Made by a program: the position numbers and the translations under genes. Below the pieces are notes generated by a model. It was not told the DNA's origin. It made no database searches and saw nothing but the letters and a program-made list of their open reading frames with translations. 64,000 nt of DNA from Candidatus Saccharimonadota bacterium (lineage in GTDB: Bacteria; Patescibacteriota; Saccharimonadia; Saccharimonadales; Saccharimonadaceae): the NCBI GenBank assembly GCA_905373795.1, contig CAJPUO010000002.1, forward strand, positions 92,882 to 156,881, written 5' to 3'. Numbering within the stretch: position 1 is the stretch's first letter; every line of letters begins with the position of its first letter. Of the stretch, positions 62,402-64,000 are shown one piece after another.

Positions 62402-62989
62402 TTATTTTTTGAGCAGTTCTTTCAATTCTGGAAAAGTCGGTTGGAAAAAGTGGTTGCGGTCTTCAAAAATATGCACCTTGGCGGTTGGTAGATCACGCTG
62501 AAATTTGGCGAGTTCAGTAAAGGGCACTACTGGATCGTCTTGACTGTGAAATAAATGAATTTCCTTTGCTGATTTTTCTAAACCAGCAGCACTTGTCACT
62601 CGAAAACTGCCTAAATCTTCAACTGATTCGTCGTCATAGCATGGTGACACTAATACCAATCGTCGAACTGGCGAGCTAAGCGGTGATTCGTGTAAATATT
62701 TAGCCAAAAACATTGCACCCAGGCTGTAGCCAACCAACTGAACGTCGCTGCCGAGTAGCGGCAATAGTTTTTCGAAATATATTTTCCATTCTTCATACTG
62801 CGCATTCTGTTTGTTTGGGAAATTTGGCAGTAATACATCGTAGCCAGTTGTGTTTTGCACCAGCCATTCGCGCCATTTTTGTGCCCAAAGCAATCGCTCG
62901 TAATGGAGAGGGCTATTTTTTAGACTATCCAAGTAATTTTCATAACTGTTAAAACTTGACCCGCCGTGAACTATTACAATTTGCTTCAT
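62402..62989 (-). CDS. Alpha/beta hydrolase (RBBP9/YdeN family)
   Basis: IVHGG, GYSLG, HSQDDPVVP, NHF. Confidence 0.88.
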   Translation of the reverse strand: MKQIVIVHGGSSFNSYENYLDSLKNSPLHYERLLWAQKWREWLVQNTTGYDVLLPNFPNKQNAQYEEWKIYFEKLLPLLGSDVQLVGYSLGAMFLAKYLHESPLSSPVRRLVLVSPCYDDESVEDLGSFRVTSAAGLEKSAKEIHLFHSQDDPVVPFTELAKFQRDLPTAKVHIFEDRNHFFQPTFPELKELLKK

Positions 62990-63049
62990 AAATATAGTAT
63001 AATACAAGCAGCGCTGGTTGGTGAAATTCTGGCGTGTAAATAAAAATCA

Positions 63050-63135
63050 GCGCGAGTGGCGGAACTGGTAGACGCGAGGGACTTAAAATCCCTTGACCAA
63101 AAGTCGTGCGGGTTCGATTCCCGCCTTGCGCACCA
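63050..63135 (+). tRNA. tRNA-Leu (TAA)
   Basis: GCGCGAG/CTTGCGC acceptor; aggga-ct-TAA-aa-tccct; variable arm; CCA. Confidence 0.95.
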
Positions 63136-63183
63136 AAAATGTACGTAGTATAATGAATATGTAAACCATAAGGAGATTTGTCA

Positions 63184-63753
63184 ATGGGGCTAGCAATAAC
63201 ATTAATAGTAGTAATCGGTGTCATCATCTTGCTGGTGATAGGATTCTTTATCGGCACATATAATAGTTTGGTGACGCTGCGCAACCGTGTAGAGGAAGCA
63301 TGGAGCGATATCACTGTGCAGCTCAAACGCCGGACTGATTTGATTCCAAACTTAGTCAACTCGGTTAAGGGATATGCTACGCATGAGAAAGAAGTATTTG
63401 AAAAAGTGACTGAGGCGCGTTCAGCTATTATGGATGCCAAGGGTGTGGCTGATACTGCTCAGGCGGAGAATATGCTGGAAGGTGCGCTAAAAAGCTTATT
63501 CGCTGTAGCTGAGGCATATCCAGAATTGAAGGCTAATGAGAACTTCTTACAATTACAGCAAGAGCTGGTTGATACTGAGGATAAGATTCAGGCGTCGCGC
63601 CGGTTCTATAATGGCGGCGTCCGCGATTTAAATACGAAGATTCAAACATTCCCGGCAAATATTGTCGCTGGCATGTTTAGTTTCCAGGCTAAGGAATTCT
63701 TTGAAGTTGCCGATCGAGCAAGCGTTGAAAATCCAGTTGAGGTAAAATTCTAA
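63184..63753 (+). CDS. lemA: LemA family protein
   Basis: [38 protein letters not shown]. Confidence 0.95.
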   Translation: MGLAITLIVVIGVIILLVIGFFIGTYNSLVTLRNRVEEAWSDITVQLKRRTDLIPNLVNSVKGYATHEKEVFEKVTEARSAIMDAKGVADTAQAENMLEGALKSLFAVAEAYPELKANENFLQLQQELVDTEDKIQASRRFYNGGVRDLNTKIQTFPANIVAGMFSFQAKEFFEVADRASVENPVEVKF

Positions 63754-63777
63754 AGTAGGATAATCTTTACACCAACT

Positions 63778-63810
63778 AAGCCGCTCGCCTATTTTCGGCG
63801 GGCGGTTTTT
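63778..63810 (+). terminator. Rho-independent terminator after lemA
   Basis: ccgctcgcc...ggcgggcgg followed by TTTTT. Confidence 0.75.
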
Positions 63811-63825
63811 GGTATAATAATTTAT

Positions 63826-64000
63826 ATGTATAGTGCAATTTCTCACAATAAGCGAAACACTGTATTAATTATGGCAGTGTTTGTGGCGATTATCGGCGTT
63901 ATCGGCATATTTGTCGGCGCGGCAACTGATAACTATTCTTTGGCGGCGATAGTCTTTGGCTGTTCAATTATATATGCTTGGCTGCAGTATTTTATCGCTG
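63826..64000 (+). CDS. htpX: HtpX-like M48 protease, N-terminal part (truncated by window end)
   Basis: MYSAISHNKRNTVLIM... with two TMs; follows lemA; own TATAAT at 63813-63818. Confidence 0.75.
   Translation, partial: MYSAISHNKRNTVLIMAVFVAIIGVIGIFVGAATDNYSLAAIVFGCSIIYAWLQYFIA

Noticed and set aside
62160..63050. Hydrolase between tRNAs as an integrated element
   Set aside because: No duplicated tRNA 3' end (att site) and no recombinase seen

Overview
A gene-dense chromosomal segment using the standard bacterial code (TGA = stop). It is most consistent with a Candidate Phyla Radiation genome, probably Candidatus Saccharibacteria (TM7). This assignment is inferred from the compact AlaRS and MetRS, the holin-secG-SBP cluster, an ftsA-like gene without ftsZ, a type IV pilin and PilB-like ATPase, and the absence of biosynthetic pathways. 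Housekeeping genes include pcrA, uvrA/B/C, gatCAB, galU, dnaE, rsmA, metG, tatD, iscS, mnmA, rpsP, alaS, ruvX, mltG, obg, sbcB, rplY, secG, lemA, htpX (partial) and three tRNAs (Leu-GAG, Cys-GCA, Leu-TAA). An AT-richer accessory stretch lies at about 48.4-57.5 kb. No CRISPR array, rRNA, transposase, integrase or prophage was seen. Most notable observations: (1) a tightly coupled ftsA-like / membrane-anchored baseplate-J-like / ruvX / mltG operon, followed by a LysM-CHAP hydrolase with a structured leader, a candidate envelope or host-contact apparatus; (2) a small membrane-protein gene flanked by structured 5' and 3' RNA with a sequestered SD, resembling a type I toxin-antitoxin locus; (3) a palindromic element inserted in frame in mnmA; (4) pervasive leaderless gene starts; (5) two DUF348/G5 paralogues with different lytic domains; (6) tandem LAXTG-anchored BspA-like proteins; (7) a membrane-anchored HEPN-motif protein inside gatCAB; (8) kinase-like and ADP-ribosyltransferase-like orphans. 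All family assignments come from motif recognition by eye; no database searches were run.
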